Counted from the stretch's first letter, positions 41,915 to 52,661 are shown. The stretch: 64,000 nucleotides of DNA from an uncultured Acidobacteriaceae bacterium (GCA_963791515.1 CAWBSS010000009.1:95407-159406), one strand, 5' to 3'. Notes: generated from the letters alone by a model not told the origin. A program made the numbers and translations.

Positions 41915-42030
41915 AAAATTAGTAATTGGGAAATTGAGAAATTGGGGTAATTGAAAATCAAGGTGCGGTGCGCAATCACGTTGTCAGTTCTAAAATTACT
42001 CAATTACAAAATTACCCAATTGCTCAATGG
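41915..42030. repeat. AT-rich block of AATTGGG/AATTGAG units and their complements around a GC-rich core
   Basis: The left side (taattggg, aattgag, aattggggtaattg) and the right side (attactcaatt, aattacccaattgctcaat) are imperfect inverted copies flanking ggtgcggtgcgcaatcacg. It stands out against the GC-rich surroundings. Confidence 0.55.
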
Positions 42031-42048
42031 TTCACGAATGAGGAATCT

Positions 42049-43386
42049 ATGACTACTGCTACTGCTACACCCACGATGACGGGTCAGGAAATCGTTGATC
42101 TCACCAAGAAGCACACACTCTTCGAGTGGTCCGCGCAATCGAAGGTCGATCCGATCCCGGTCGCACGAGCCAAGGGCATTTACTTTTGGACGCCCGAAGG
42201 CAAACGCTTCATCGACTTCAACAGCCAGTTGATGTCGGTCAACATCGGCCACGGGGACGAGCGCGTCATCCGGGCGATCAGCGAGCAGGCCGCGATACTC
42301 TGCTACGCGAATCCCTTTATGGCGACCGAGCCCCGCGCGCGGCTGGGAGCGAAGCTCGCGGAGATTACTCCCGGCGACATCGACACGTTCTTCTTTACCA
42401 ACGGCGGCGCCGAAGCAAACGAGAACGCAATCAAGATCTCGCGCTTCTTCACTGGGCGGCACAAGATCATGGCGCGTTACCGCTCGTATCATGGCGCGAC
42501 CGCGGGCAGCATTACGTTGACCGGCGATCCGCGGCGATGGGCGGCTGAGCCGGGAATTCCCGGCGTCGTGCGCGTGCTCGATCCTTATCACGGCATCGAG
42601 CGAGGCTGGGAGTCCGCTGAAACTTCGCTGGCCATGATCGAAGAAACCATGCAGCTCGAAGGCCCGCACACGATTGCCGCTTTCATTCTGGAAACCGTAG
42701 TGGGCACCAACGGCATTCTCATTCCGCCTGACGGATATCTTGAGGGCGTGCGCAAGCTCTGTGACAAGTACGGAATCCTGATGATCGCCGACGAAGTCAT
42801 GGCGGGCTTCGGGCGCACGGGCGAGTGGTTCGCCGTCGATCACTGGAAGGTGGTTCCAGACTTGATCTGCATGGCTAAGGGACTGACTTCCAGCTATCTG
42901 CCGCTGGGGGCGGTGGGAATGCGGCATCACATCGCGCAGTATTTTCAGGACAAAGTGTTTTACGGCGGGCTGACTTACAACTCGCATCCCATGGGATGCG
43001 CCGCGGCGCTGGCCACGATTCGCGTTTACGAAGAGGACAACCTCATCGACAACGCGAAGAAGATGGGCGCGATCATGAAAGACCTTGGGCGCGAGTTGCA
43101 GGCCAAGCATGCTTCCGTCGGCGCGGTGCGGTCTATCGGACTGTTTGGCATCGTGGAACTTGTGCGTAGCCGCAAGACACGGCAGCCGATGGCTCCGTTT
43201 AACGGCACGTCTGACGAAATGGCCGCGCTGGGGCGTTTCTTCCGGGAGCAGGGGCTCTACACGCTGGTGCGCTGGAACACGTTCTACACGAACCCTCCAT
43301 TGTGCATCAACGAGCAGCAACTGCGGGAGGCGTTTGCCATCATCGACAAGGGACTCGAGATCACTGACAAAGCGGTAAAAGATTAG
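42049..43386 (+). CDS. class-III aminotransferase (omega-amino acid/beta-alanine:pyruvate type)
   Basis: ORF 41968-43386 trimmed to ATG at 42049 (GAGGAA upstream). Has TNGGAEANENAIK, ADEVMAGFGRTG and CMAKGLTSSYLP motifs. Follows mmsA. Confidence 0.8.
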   Translation: MTTATATPTMTGQEIVDLTKKHTLFEWSAQSKVDPIPVARAKGIYFWTPEGKRFIDFNSQLMSVNIGHGDERVIRAISEQAAILCYANPFMATEPRARLGAKLAEITPGDIDTFFFTNGGAEANENAIKISRFFTGRHKIMARYRSYHGATAGSITLTGDPRRWAAEPGIPGVVRVLDPYHGIERGWESAETSLAMIEETMQLEGPHTIAAFILETVVGTNGILIPPDGYLEGVRKLCDKYGILMIADEVMAGFGRTGEWFAVDHWKVVPDLICMAKGLTSSYLPLGAVGMRHHIAQYFQDKVFYGGLTYNSHPMGCAAALATIRVYEEDNLIDNAKKMGAIMKDLGRELQAKHASVGAVRSIGLFGIVELVRSRKTRQPMAPFNGTSDEMAALGRFFREQGLYTLVRWNTFYTNPPLCINEQQLREAFAIIDKGLEITDKAVKD

Positions 43387-43494
43387 GCTCTCATTCGAAC
43401 AAGGCCTCTCGACAGTTTCACTTCTGCTATACGCGGAAGACTGGAGCAACTCTGTTGTAGAATCACTGCAGAATCGCAATTCGCCCGAGATCTT

Positions 43495-43788
43495 ATGAAA
43501 AGACTTGTTGCCTTTATCGTTCTGGGCGCGTTGAGTGTTGGCTGCTCGATTTCGGCTCTCTGCTCAGACGCGCGCCAGCGCTATGTCCGAATCCCGCGCT
43601 TCCCAAAAAGCGAACAAGAAACAGCAGAAGGCAATGAAGAAGTACGCGAAGGCGCAACGGAAAGCCGAGCGCAAAATGCTGAAGACGGAACGAAAGAACA
43701 CGAGATATCCGTCGCGGCAGTTCTGATTCAGCGACGCAGATCGCCGTACTGCTTACAAGTATTACAAGGAGTTTTCCGCTTCCGCTGA
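43495..43788 (+). CDS. small secreted/Lys-rich protein; reading frame ambiguous
   Basis: A signal-peptide-like MKRLVAFIVLGALSVGCSISA is in the frame of ATG 43495. A Lys-rich KANKKQQKAMKKYAKAQRKAERKMLKTERKN peptide is in the overlapping frame 43535-43726. Confidence 0.3.
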   Translation: MKRLVAFIVLGALSVGCSISALCSDARQRYVRIPRFPKSEQETAEGNEEVREGATESRAQNAEDGTKEHEISVAAVLIQRRRSPYCLQVLQGVFRFR

Positions 43789-43809
43789 GAGTCCGGAGTC
43801 CAGCCTTTA

Positions 43810-44397
43810 TTAATGCGAACCACGTTCTTCGGAACAGGAGACGGTGCCTTCCCGCAGAGCGTACTCGCAGCGCCAGCGAAATCCGTTGGCATCATGTTGA
43901 CCGTATCCCCAAACGGTCAGATAGAGCTTGTCTTGCTTGACGCGCGAACCTTCGACGAAGACATGATCATTTTCTCGTAACGACGGGCGAAGTTCTGCGG
44001 GAACCAGGCGAGTCAGCGTGATCTTGTCGAGCATGACAGGATCTTCCACGACCGTTGCGGAAAAAACCAAAGCTCGTGAAGTGCGCTTGCCCACATATTG
44101 CGTAACGACGAGCCAATCATTGCTGGACCATGCGGCAGAGGCGACACCAAGATAGTCGCAGAGTTTGCGCGAACCTCCACTAGCCAACTCGAAGAGCCAG
44201 AGCGAGTGAAACGTTCCGACGAAATCGGACGCGGATCTCTTGCTGTCGACACTGCGCACCGCGAATCGGCCGTCGGGCGAGATCAGTTCACTCGCCTTGG
44301 GAAAAACTACGAACTGAGACGCTAAGGCCTCGACACTCATAGCGATTAATAGTGCGACCAGCACAGCTACGCCGAGCAGTATCCGCCAGGAGCGCAT
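43810..44397 (-). CDS. hypothetical exported/anchored protein
   Basis: ORF 43810-44418 trimmed to ATG at 44397 (MRSWRILLGVAVLVALLIAMSVEALA). No family recognised. Confidence 0.45.
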   Translation of the reverse strand: MRSWRILLGVAVLVALLIAMSVEALASQFVVFPKASELISPDGRFAVRSVDSKRSASDFVGTFHSLWLFELASGGSRKLCDYLGVASAAWSSNDWLVVTQYVGKRTSRALVFSATVVEDPVMLDKITLTRLVPAELRPSLRENDHVFVEGSRVKQDKLYLTVWGYGQHDANGFRWRCEYALREGTVSCSEERGSH

Positions 44398-44668
44398 TGC
44401 TCGAACCTCCAGTGCCATTTCAGCGGAGCGTCGTTGCCGCAGATGTGATTTAACTCACATCGAACATTACGTTGGTTTTGGAAATGGCAGGTTCTCGATC
44501 AACATATGCGTCGGTGTGGAAATTTGATGAAAAAATAGTCTGTTGACCGGCCTCGGAAGCGGAGTTTCAGTGTGTTTCGTTCTGGGAAAATCTTGGTTCG
44601 ATGGGGCATCGCCCCTCCCCCCACCCTCTGAAAGCCTTGACTGGCGCGGGTTCTGCAAAAATGGTCCG

Positions 44669-44727
44669 CAAAATCTTGAGGGCAAAGAGCTTAGGGGTCA
44701 AAATCTTGAGAACAAAGGACTTACGTC
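44669..44727. repeat. two-copy 30-bp tandem repeat
   Basis: caaaatcttgagggcaaagagcttagg followed by caaaatcttgagaacaaaggacttacg (units start at 44669 and 44699), in an AT-richer intergenic region. Confidence 0.5.
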
Positions 44728-44920
44728 ATTTTTCGCGGTAGGTGTGTGTACCGCCTCCGCCTTGACCATGTTCTGCTTCCTTGTCTGTGGAAGGCAAGGT
44801 CAGATGTCACACTAGGAGTGCGGTTTCTGTGGATTTCGAGACCCCAACCCTCTAGCAAAGGGCGCGAAAGGATGGGGCGCCCGGCAATGAAGCACAGGGG
44901 GAGTCTTGTCACGTCCAGAC

Positions 44921-45670
44921 TTATTTCAAGCCAAGCTCGCCATCGTACTGTTGGATAACCTGGTAGCACTCGCAAGCGGAGGCTTCAAGTTTCTTGCGGT
45001 TCACGATCTTCACTGAGCCACGGGTGTACTCGATGATCTCTTTTCCCTGCAAAACACCAGCTGCCAAGCTCACGGTAGACCTATCTGTCCCTAGCATGGT
45101 TGCGAGAAAATCATGAGTGATGAGCAGCGATCCTGAATCCACTCTATCCTGAGTCATTAGCAACCATCGCGCAAGGCGTTGCTCAATATCGTGCAGCCGA
45201 TTACACGCGGCGGTTTGTGCAACCTGCAAACCCCGAACTACTCCATAGCGGCTCAACATCAATTGAAGGTGTGGAGCGGTTTCCAAAGTGTTTTGCAAAG
45301 CTCCGACCTCTACCCGAAACCCATCCCCCGTGATTTGTACCACCGCCCGCAGCGGGCTCCTGTTCAGGCCAACAGTTGCCGGTGTTCCTGTAAAGCCCTC
45401 ATTGCCAACTATGCCAGCTTCGGCGGTTTTTCCATCGTTCATTACGACTACAAGAGAAATCAAACCTCGGTTCGGGAAATACGCAAATTCCAGCTTTCCA
45501 CCCGCCTCGTGCAGAACTAGATGGTTTGGCAAGCTGACGTATTCGAGATGAGGACGAAGTGAGCTGTAGTCGCTATCGGAGATCGATAGAAGTATTTTGT
45601 TGCTGACTGGTTTTCCTGCGGCATTCGTGCGCTCGCCAGACTGCACGACTTGGAGGTCTTTGCGTGCCAC
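44921..45670 (-). CDS. Crp/Fnr-family transcriptional regulator
   Basis: 249-aa ORF (GTG start) with a cNMP-binding-like barrel and a C-terminal HTH (THDFLATMLGTDRSTVSLAAGVLQGKEIIEY). Confidence 0.75.
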   Translation of the reverse strand: MARKDLQVVQSGERTNAAGKPVSNKILLSISDSDYSSLRPHLEYVSLPNHLVLHEAGGKLEFAYFPNRGLISLVVVMNDGKTAEAGIVGNEGFTGTPATVGLNRSPLRAVVQITGDGFRVEVGALQNTLETAPHLQLMLSRYGVVRGLQVAQTAACNRLHDIEQRLARWLLMTQDRVDSGSLLITHDFLATMLGTDRSTVSLAAGVLQGKEIIEYTRGSVKIVNRKKLEASACECYQVIQQYDGELGLK

Positions 45671-45924
45671 AAAGAAGAACCGGAAACCATCCCCGATGCG
45701 CGAATGAATTAACCTTCGTGGTCTGCGAAACAGGAGCTCTGTTTATTCGCGCTGCAGCTGGAAAATTATACAGTGTTTACTGTTTCCTCCAAACCATGAA
45801 GCGTTGGTAGTGTACCCTACATTGACTTTAGCGCGGGTACGCACGAACAAGAATCTGCGTATGTGTGATGCCCAACAGACCATCACAATTGGCATGTGAT
45901 ATTACTGCTACGGGCAAGACTTTT

Positions 45925-46596
45925 ATGGGTCCCCGTGCGGCGGCCAACAAACCCAGCAAATTCGATACCAAGACATTCCTTTCGACCATCAACGGCGGTC
46001 GGAAGATCGTAGCTTTTCCAAAAAAGAAGACGATCTTTGTTCAGGGCGACTCGTCCGACGCTGTTTTTTATATACAGACAGGAAAGGTAACACTCACCGT
46101 TGTGTCGGAGAGTGGGAAGGAAGCCACAATCGGCATTCTGAACGAGGGCGATTTCTTCGGAGAAGGTTGCCTTACAGGGCAGCCTGTGCGCCTGTGCTCC
46201 GCAACCGCAATGACCGATTGCTCTGTGATGCAAATCGACAAAAAGTCCATGATGGAAGTGCTTCACCGAGAACACGCGTTTTCCGATATGTTCGTGGCAT
46301 ATTTGCTGACTCGGAACATCCGACACGAAGAGGATTTGGTTGACCAGCTTTTCAATTCCAGTGAGAAACGACTTGCTCGCGTTCTTCTCCTGCTTGCTCA
46401 TTTTGGCAAGGAAGGAAAGGCCGAGACTCTTATTCCTAAGATCAGTCAGGAGATGCTGGCGGAAATGATCGGCACAACGCGCTCACGAGTCAGTTTTTTT
46501 ATGAACCGATTTAGGAAATTGGGGTTCATTGATTATCACACCGGCGATGCCTTGCAGGTTCACAGTTCACTTCTCAACATCGTTCTCCACGACTAG
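45925..46596 (+). CDS. Crp/Fnr-family transcriptional regulator
   Basis: ORF 45865-46596 trimmed to ATG at 45925. Has the cNMP-binding pattern (IFVQGDSSDAVFYIQTGKV...GEGDFFGEGCL) and an HTH (SQEMLAEMIGTTRSRVSFFMNRFRKLGFIDY). Confidence 0.8.
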   Translation: MGPRAAANKPSKFDTKTFLSTINGGRKIVAFPKKKTIFVQGDSSDAVFYIQTGKVTLTVVSESGKEATIGILNEGDFFGEGCLTGQPVRLCSATAMTDCSVMQIDKKSMMEVLHREHAFSDMFVAYLLTRNIRHEEDLVDQLFNSSEKRLARVLLLLAHFGKEGKAETLIPKISQEMLAEMIGTTRSRVSFFMNRFRKLGFIDYHTGDALQVHSSLLNIVLHD

Positions 46597-46653
46597 AACT
46601 TCATTGCAAAAACGTGGCTATGCGCTTGTGCAACGAGAAATGTGAACTAGTCG

Positions 46654-46875
46654 ATGACCGCTCGAGAAGCATCCCACAAGTCGAGAATGCCTGTTAAGCG
46701 CTGCCCCTATTGCATCGAGGGCGGCAATTTCAAGGTGATGATCGGGCAGGGTAGAGGAGACTGGTACATGTGCGCTCGATGCGGACATCTGACCTTGCCA
46801 ACGGATCCGTTGTTTGAGTGTACTTGCGTGAAGTGCGTCGAGCTAAAGAATCGTGACCCCGAACGTCGCGGCTAA
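46654..46875 (+). CDS. small Cys-rich (Zn-ribbon-like) hypothetical protein
   Basis: 73-aa ORF with CPYC...CARC...CTCVKC cysteine pairs, 57 nt downstream of the Crp/Fnr gene. Confidence 0.4.
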   Translation: MTAREASHKSRMPVKRCPYCIEGGNFKVMIGQGRGDWYMCARCGHLTLPTDPLFECTCVKCVELKNRDPERRG

Positions 46876-46936
46876 ATGTCCCACGGGTCATCGGCGGAAA
46901 ATCTCTCCCACCTTCGACTCCTTCGGGCGAACTCAG

Positions 46937-48418
<1,482 letters not shown>

Positions 48419-48801
48419 TTATTATAACCGCGTTGAAGGGTGGAAGGTCGCAGCAGTGCTGGCAGAGCCGTTTCGAAAACCTTAACCCCAGAGGACACTG
48501 AGGTCACAGAGGCACCGGTGACGCGCCGGGCATTGTTCCACGACAACAGAAGATCTAGGTTGGCAGGAATTCGGGACCGGCTACGGCATGGTTCTTGCTC
48601 AGGGCGAAGAGTGCGGCATAGAATCTCACCCATTGCTCCTCATCCGAGGCCCAAGGGGAATTTCTTTTATGCGATTCATCCATCTGGTGCCGGCCGTCTT
48701 GCTGGTCATGACTGCCTGCCAGCTTCTCGCAATCGGCTGCTTCCGCCAAGCCTGGTGCTGGATTCAGTATCGACAACATCGACAAGAGTGTCGATCCGTG
48801 C

Positions 48802-50709
48802 GTGGACTTCTACCAGTTCGCTTGCGGAAACTGGGTTAAGAATTCGGAGATTCCCGCCGACCGGCCGGCGTGGCAGAGTTTTTCCGAACTCAACGAAAGC
48901 AACCTCGGGATCGAGCGGAGAATTCTGGAGAAGGCCGCGGCGGGTGGGGCTGGGCGGAACGCCATCGATCAGAAGATCGGCGACCTCTACGGCTCTTGCA
49001 TGGACGAAAAGGCTGCGGCCGCGAACGGGATCGCGCCGCTCAAGCCAGAGTTGGAGCGCATTGCCGCGGTGAAGGACAAGGGCGCGCTGATCGATGAGAT
49101 TGCACATCTGCACATGATTGGGCCCAACCCGCTGTTCAATTTCTACGCGGCGTCTGATCTGCACAACGCGGACCAGGTGATTGCTTATATCGATCAGGGC
49201 GGGCTGTCGCTGCCCGACCGCGATTACTACATCAAAGACGACGCGGATAAGGTCGAGATGCGGAAGCACCTGGCTGAATATGCCACGCAGTTGTTTACGC
49301 TGGCGGGCCAGACGGAGCAACAGGCGGCGAGTTCGGCGCAGACCGTGCTGATGGTGGAAACCTTGCTGGCGGCGGACTCGATGGAGCGAACCAAACGGAG
49401 GGATCCTAAGAACCGCGACCACAAGATGACTCGCGACGAGGCGGTCGCGATGGCGCCGGACTTTTATCTCAATCGCTACTTCGCGGCAGTGGGGGCTCCC
49501 AACTTCACCGCGATGAACGTCACCAACCCGGATTTCTTCAAGCAAGTCAACGGAGCGATTGCCGCGTTGCCTCTCGATTGGCTGAAGACGTATGTGAGCT
49601 GGCACGTGCTGCGGGCGGCTTCTCCATGGCTGTCGCAGCCGTTTGTGGAGGCGAATTTCAAGATGCGGCAGGCGCTGACCGGACAGAAGCAGATTCAGGA
49701 TCGCTGGAAACGCTGCGTCGAGCTGGTCGACGGATCGCTGGGAGAGGCGCTGGGGCAGCGCTATGTCGAAGCGACCTTCGGGGCTGAGGGCAAGCAGCGC
49801 ATGCTGAAGATGGTGGACGCGTTGGAGAAGTCGCTGGATGAGGATATTCAGGGACTTTCGTGGATGAGCGACGACACCAAGAAGCAGGCGAAGGTAAAGT
49901 TGACGGCGATCCGCAACAAGATTGGCTATCCCGATGTGTACCGCGACTACAGTTCGGTGACGATCAAGGCGGACGATCTGATGGGGAATGTGCAGCGGGC
50001 CACCGAATTCGAATCGAAGCGGCAGATCGCGAAGATCGACAAGCCGCTGGACCGCAAGGAATGGGGCATGAATCCGCCGGAGGTGAATGCGTACTACAGT
50101 GGGTCGTATAACGAGATCGTGTTCCCGGCGGGGATTCTGCAGCCGCCGTTTTTTGATAAGAGCATGGATGACGCGGTTAATTTTGGAGGCATCGGGCTGG
50201 TGATTGGGCACGAACTGACGCACGGGTTCGACGATCAGGGGCGCAAGTTCGATCCGACGGGCAACCTGCGCGACTGGTGGACGGAGCAGGATGGCAAGGA
50301 GTTCGAGAAGCGCGTGAGCTGCGTCGCAGATGAATACTCGAACTTTGTTGCCGTGGACAACATGAAGCTGAACGGGCGTCTCACGCTGGGCGAAAACACG
50401 GCCGATAACGGCGGGGCGCGCATCGCGCTCATGGCGCTCGAGCACATGATCGCCGACGATAAGACCGGGAAGGAAGGGCAGAGCATCGACGGCTACACGC
50501 CAGAACAGAGGTTCTTCCTGGGATTCGGGCGCGTTTGGTGCGAGAAGCAGCGGCCGGAATACTTGCGGATGCAGGTCAGCACCAATTCGCATTCGCCGGG
50601 GAAGTATCGCGTGAACGGCGTAGTGCAGAATATGCCGGAGTTTCAGAAAGCGTGGGGCTGCAAGGCGGGGCAGCCGATGGTAGCCGAGAACGCTTGCCAC
50701 GTGTGGTAG
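48802..50709 (+). CDS. M13-family zinc metallopeptidase (PepO/endothelin-converting-enzyme-like); 5' end probably disrupted
   Basis: 635-aa ORF from GTG 48802 with HELTHGFD (HExxH) and GENTADNGG motifs. Conserved N-terminal sequence continues in frame upstream to a stop at 48709. A lipoprotein signal peptide sits in another frame from ATG 48669. Confidence 0.85.
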   Translation: MDFYQFACGNWVKNSEIPADRPAWQSFSELNESNLGIERRILEKAAAGGAGRNAIDQKIGDLYGSCMDEKAAAANGIAPLKPELERIAAVKDKGALIDEIAHLHMIGPNPLFNFYAASDLHNADQVIAYIDQGGLSLPDRDYYIKDDADKVEMRKHLAEYATQLFTLAGQTEQQAASSAQTVLMVETLLAADSMERTKRRDPKNRDHKMTRDEAVAMAPDFYLNRYFAAVGAPNFTAMNVTNPDFFKQVNGAIAALPLDWLKTYVSWHVLRAASPWLSQPFVEANFKMRQALTGQKQIQDRWKRCVELVDGSLGEALGQRYVEATFGAEGKQRMLKMVDALEKSLDEDIQGLSWMSDDTKKQAKVKLTAIRNKIGYPDVYRDYSSVTIKADDLMGNVQRATEFESKRQIAKIDKPLDRKEWGMNPPEVNAYYSGSYNEIVFPAGILQPPFFDKSMDDAVNFGGIGLVIGHELTHGFDDQGRKFDPTGNLRDWWTEQDGKEFEKRVSCVADEYSNFVAVDNMKLNGRLTLGENTADNGGARIALMALEHMIADDKTGKEGQSIDGYTPEQRFFLGFGRVWCEKQRPEYLRMQVSTNSHSPGKYRVNGVVQNMPEFQKAWGCKAGQPMVAENACHVW

Positions 50710-50745
50710 GTCCGCGGTTGATTGAGCGGGTCAGACACATCTCTG

Positions 50746-51759
50746 CTACTTCAGACTAGCTATAAATGCCCGCATCTCGCGCAGCACGTCCGCTTCGTTG
50801 CTGAGAAATAGGTAATGATCGGCATCAGGCAGGTCAACGATGCGCACGCCACCTTTGGCATTTAGAAGGTTCTTCTTATTCCGGATGTCGTAGACTTTGG
50901 TGGCGGCGTCGAACTCTTCCATGGCCGCGCGTTCTTGAGCGTCCTTTGGTTGATACCTATAGTTGATACTCAGCGTGCCGAACAACGCCAGGATGGGCAC
51001 ACGGATTCGAGAATAATCGCGGGGCAGGGCTCCCCGACCGATGGCGAAGTGGACTTTATTGGGAGCATTGCCGCTACCCACTGAACCGTCAGGATTACGG
51101 TTGAAAGTGTTGTGCAATTCAGCTTCTGGGTATTCAAAGCCATTCTGCCGCACTTTGAAATCATGAAAGGCTTTAAAAGATCTTAGGTCCGAGGCGTCTG
51201 GTGCAGACCCGTTGGCACGCATGGCTGCGGGCAATTTATTAAAGAGCGCCATATAGGCCGCACTACTCCCTGGGTAATCCGTAGGGTCAGCCGTCGCATC
51301 GAGGTAGACGAGCCCAGCCAGGCGATCGGAGTGCTCGTCTCCCAAGGTTGTTAATTCCTCGCCAGACATGGAGTGACCAGCCAGAACAGGCGCAACAAGT
51401 TTCAGCGCGTCGAGGACTTGGAGCACGTCGTCGGCCAGCCGTTGTTGGTCGTAACCCGAATCGGGATGAGTGGAAGCGCCAAACCCGCGTCGCGTGATGC
51501 CGTAGACGTGACAGCAAGCTCCGGACAATTTTTCGGCGAAATCGTCGAAAATGTGTGCAGTGTTTCCGGAACCCGCCAGCAGTACAACCGGGCGTCCTGT
51601 TCCGCCCCAATCGAGCACCTCGAGCCGGATGCCTTCTTCCACGGTTACGAACTGCACGGTGTGTTTGGACGGATCGTGCCAAGGAACGGACTCTTGCGCG
51701 GACAGTGTACTGGTTGTCATGGCCGAGGCCAGGAGAAAGACTTCGAGTAAGCGATGCAT
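50746..51759 (-). CDS. alpha/beta-fold hydrolase, secreted
   Basis: ORF trimmed to ATG at 51759 (GAAGGA upstream). Has signal peptide MHRLLEVFLLASAMTTSTLSAQ and nucleophile elbow GHSMSG. Confidence 0.75.
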   Translation of the reverse strand: MHRLLEVFLLASAMTTSTLSAQESVPWHDPSKHTVQFVTVEEGIRLEVLDWGGTGRPVVLLAGSGNTAHIFDDFAEKLSGACCHVYGITRRGFGASTHPDSGYDQQRLADDVLQVLDALKLVAPVLAGHSMSGEELTTLGDEHSDRLAGLVYLDATADPTDYPGSSAAYMALFNKLPAAMRANGSAPDASDLRSFKAFHDFKVRQNGFEYPEAELHNTFNRNPDGSVGSGNAPNKVHFAIGRGALPRDYSRIRVPILALFGTLSINYRYQPKDAQERAAMEEFDAATKVYDIRNKKNLLNAKGGVRIVDLPDADHYLFLSNEADVLREMRAFIASLK

Positions 51760-51770
51760 AATTCCTTCGT

Positions 51771-52475
51771 TCACAATCCTGGTTTCGCCAGAACGACTTT
51801 CGCTCCCGCGGAATGGCATGTGTCGATCACGTGAACGACATCTGCAAATGGCAAGACCCCGTCGGCTTTTACGAGCACCACTTTCTCAGGACGGTTCTGG
51901 AAAAGCTGCGTCAGCAAGTTTTGCAGATTGGGCCACGGAATCTGGCGACTGTTGACTCGCAAGGTGGGTGCTTGCTGTCCGGAGTCGAGGACTTGCACGA
52001 CGGTTGGTGGAGGGCCCGGCGGTGGAACGAGCAGCACTTCCAGGCCTTTCGGAGGCACTATGGTTCCTGGATGGGACGAATCGGGTTGGGCGGTCAGCAG
52101 GATTGGGGCTGCTACACCGGCGATGCTCGCAGCTTCTAATATCTTCCCCACGTTGGCGTATCGTACCCGGGCATCGGCCTTGATGTAGAGTTTCTGCCGA
52201 CCATTGAGCTCTTCCGCGAGTGCGGCGGGAGTGATGGAATTGATTCCGAGATAGACGCTGCCGCCTTCGGTCACCGCCACGATCGACGCGTCTTTGTTAT
52301 CCGCATCGGGCATTGGCAGGGCGTTGCTGGTGACGGCTAACTCTACGCTGATCCCCTGCTGCATCGCCTGGGCGGTGGACTTGGGAGCAGTAAGCAGAAT
52401 GGGCACGATCGTAAGGGTGACGCTCAGCACGGAGTGCATTGATCTTCGTAGTTTATTTATCGCAAGCGGGTTCAT
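51771..52475 (-). CDS. protein with two tandem ExbD/TolR-like periplasmic domains
   Basis: 234-aa ORF with an N-terminal hydrophobic segment. There are two segments with the ExbD pattern: ISVEL...SVYLGINSIT...LYIKADARVRYANVGKILEAASIAGV and LEVLL...LRVNSRQI...VVLVKADGVLPFADVVHVIDTCHSAGAKVVL. Confidence 0.55.
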   Translation of the reverse strand: MNPLAINKLRRSMHSVLSVTLTIVPILLTAPKSTAQAMQQGISVELAVTSNALPMPDADNKDASIVAVTEGGSVYLGINSITPAALAEELNGRQKLYIKADARVRYANVGKILEAASIAGVAAPILLTAQPDSSHPGTIVPPKGLEVLLVPPPGPPPTVVQVLDSGQQAPTLRVNSRQIPWPNLQNLLTQLFQNRPEKVVLVKADGVLPFADVVHVIDTCHSAGAKVVLAKPGL

Positions 52476-52618
52476 ATGTTTTCTCTCCTCTATGGGTGAA
52501 ACCCGGTCAACAAGTTCTTGCCTGGGTAATTTCTTAGGCGCATTCTCGTTGCGGCTCTGTCTGTTCTTAGGTCAATTGCCCTCAGGGGCTAAAGCCCGGT
52601 GTTTATGCGGTTCTTAAC

Positions 52619-52638
52619 GGCCCGGCTTAAGCCGGGCC
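52619..52638 (-). terminator. GC-rich hairpin downstream of the SPFH gene (REP-like or terminator)
   Basis: ggcccggc-ttaa-gccgggcc, an 8-bp perfect stem 24 nt past the stop. No clear U-tract. Confidence 0.35.
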
Positions 52639-52661
52639 CTTCCCGTGACGTGTGCGACGCA

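Noticed and set aside
44669-44727. Tandem 30-bp repeat considered as a mini-CRISPR or VNTR
   Set aside because: Only two imperfect copies with no spacers and no cas genes. Listed as a simple repeat only.
45864-45887. TGTGAT-N12-ATCACA as a canonical CRP box
   Set aside because: The spacing is 12 rather than 6 nt, so it is not a canonical CRP/FNR site. Retained only as a low-confidence observation within the Crp-pair finding.
48706-50700. 664-aa minus-strand ORF
   Set aside because: Antisense to the M13 peptidase, which has HExxH and ENxADxGG motifs. The product is Arg/Leu/His/Pro-rich and implausible.
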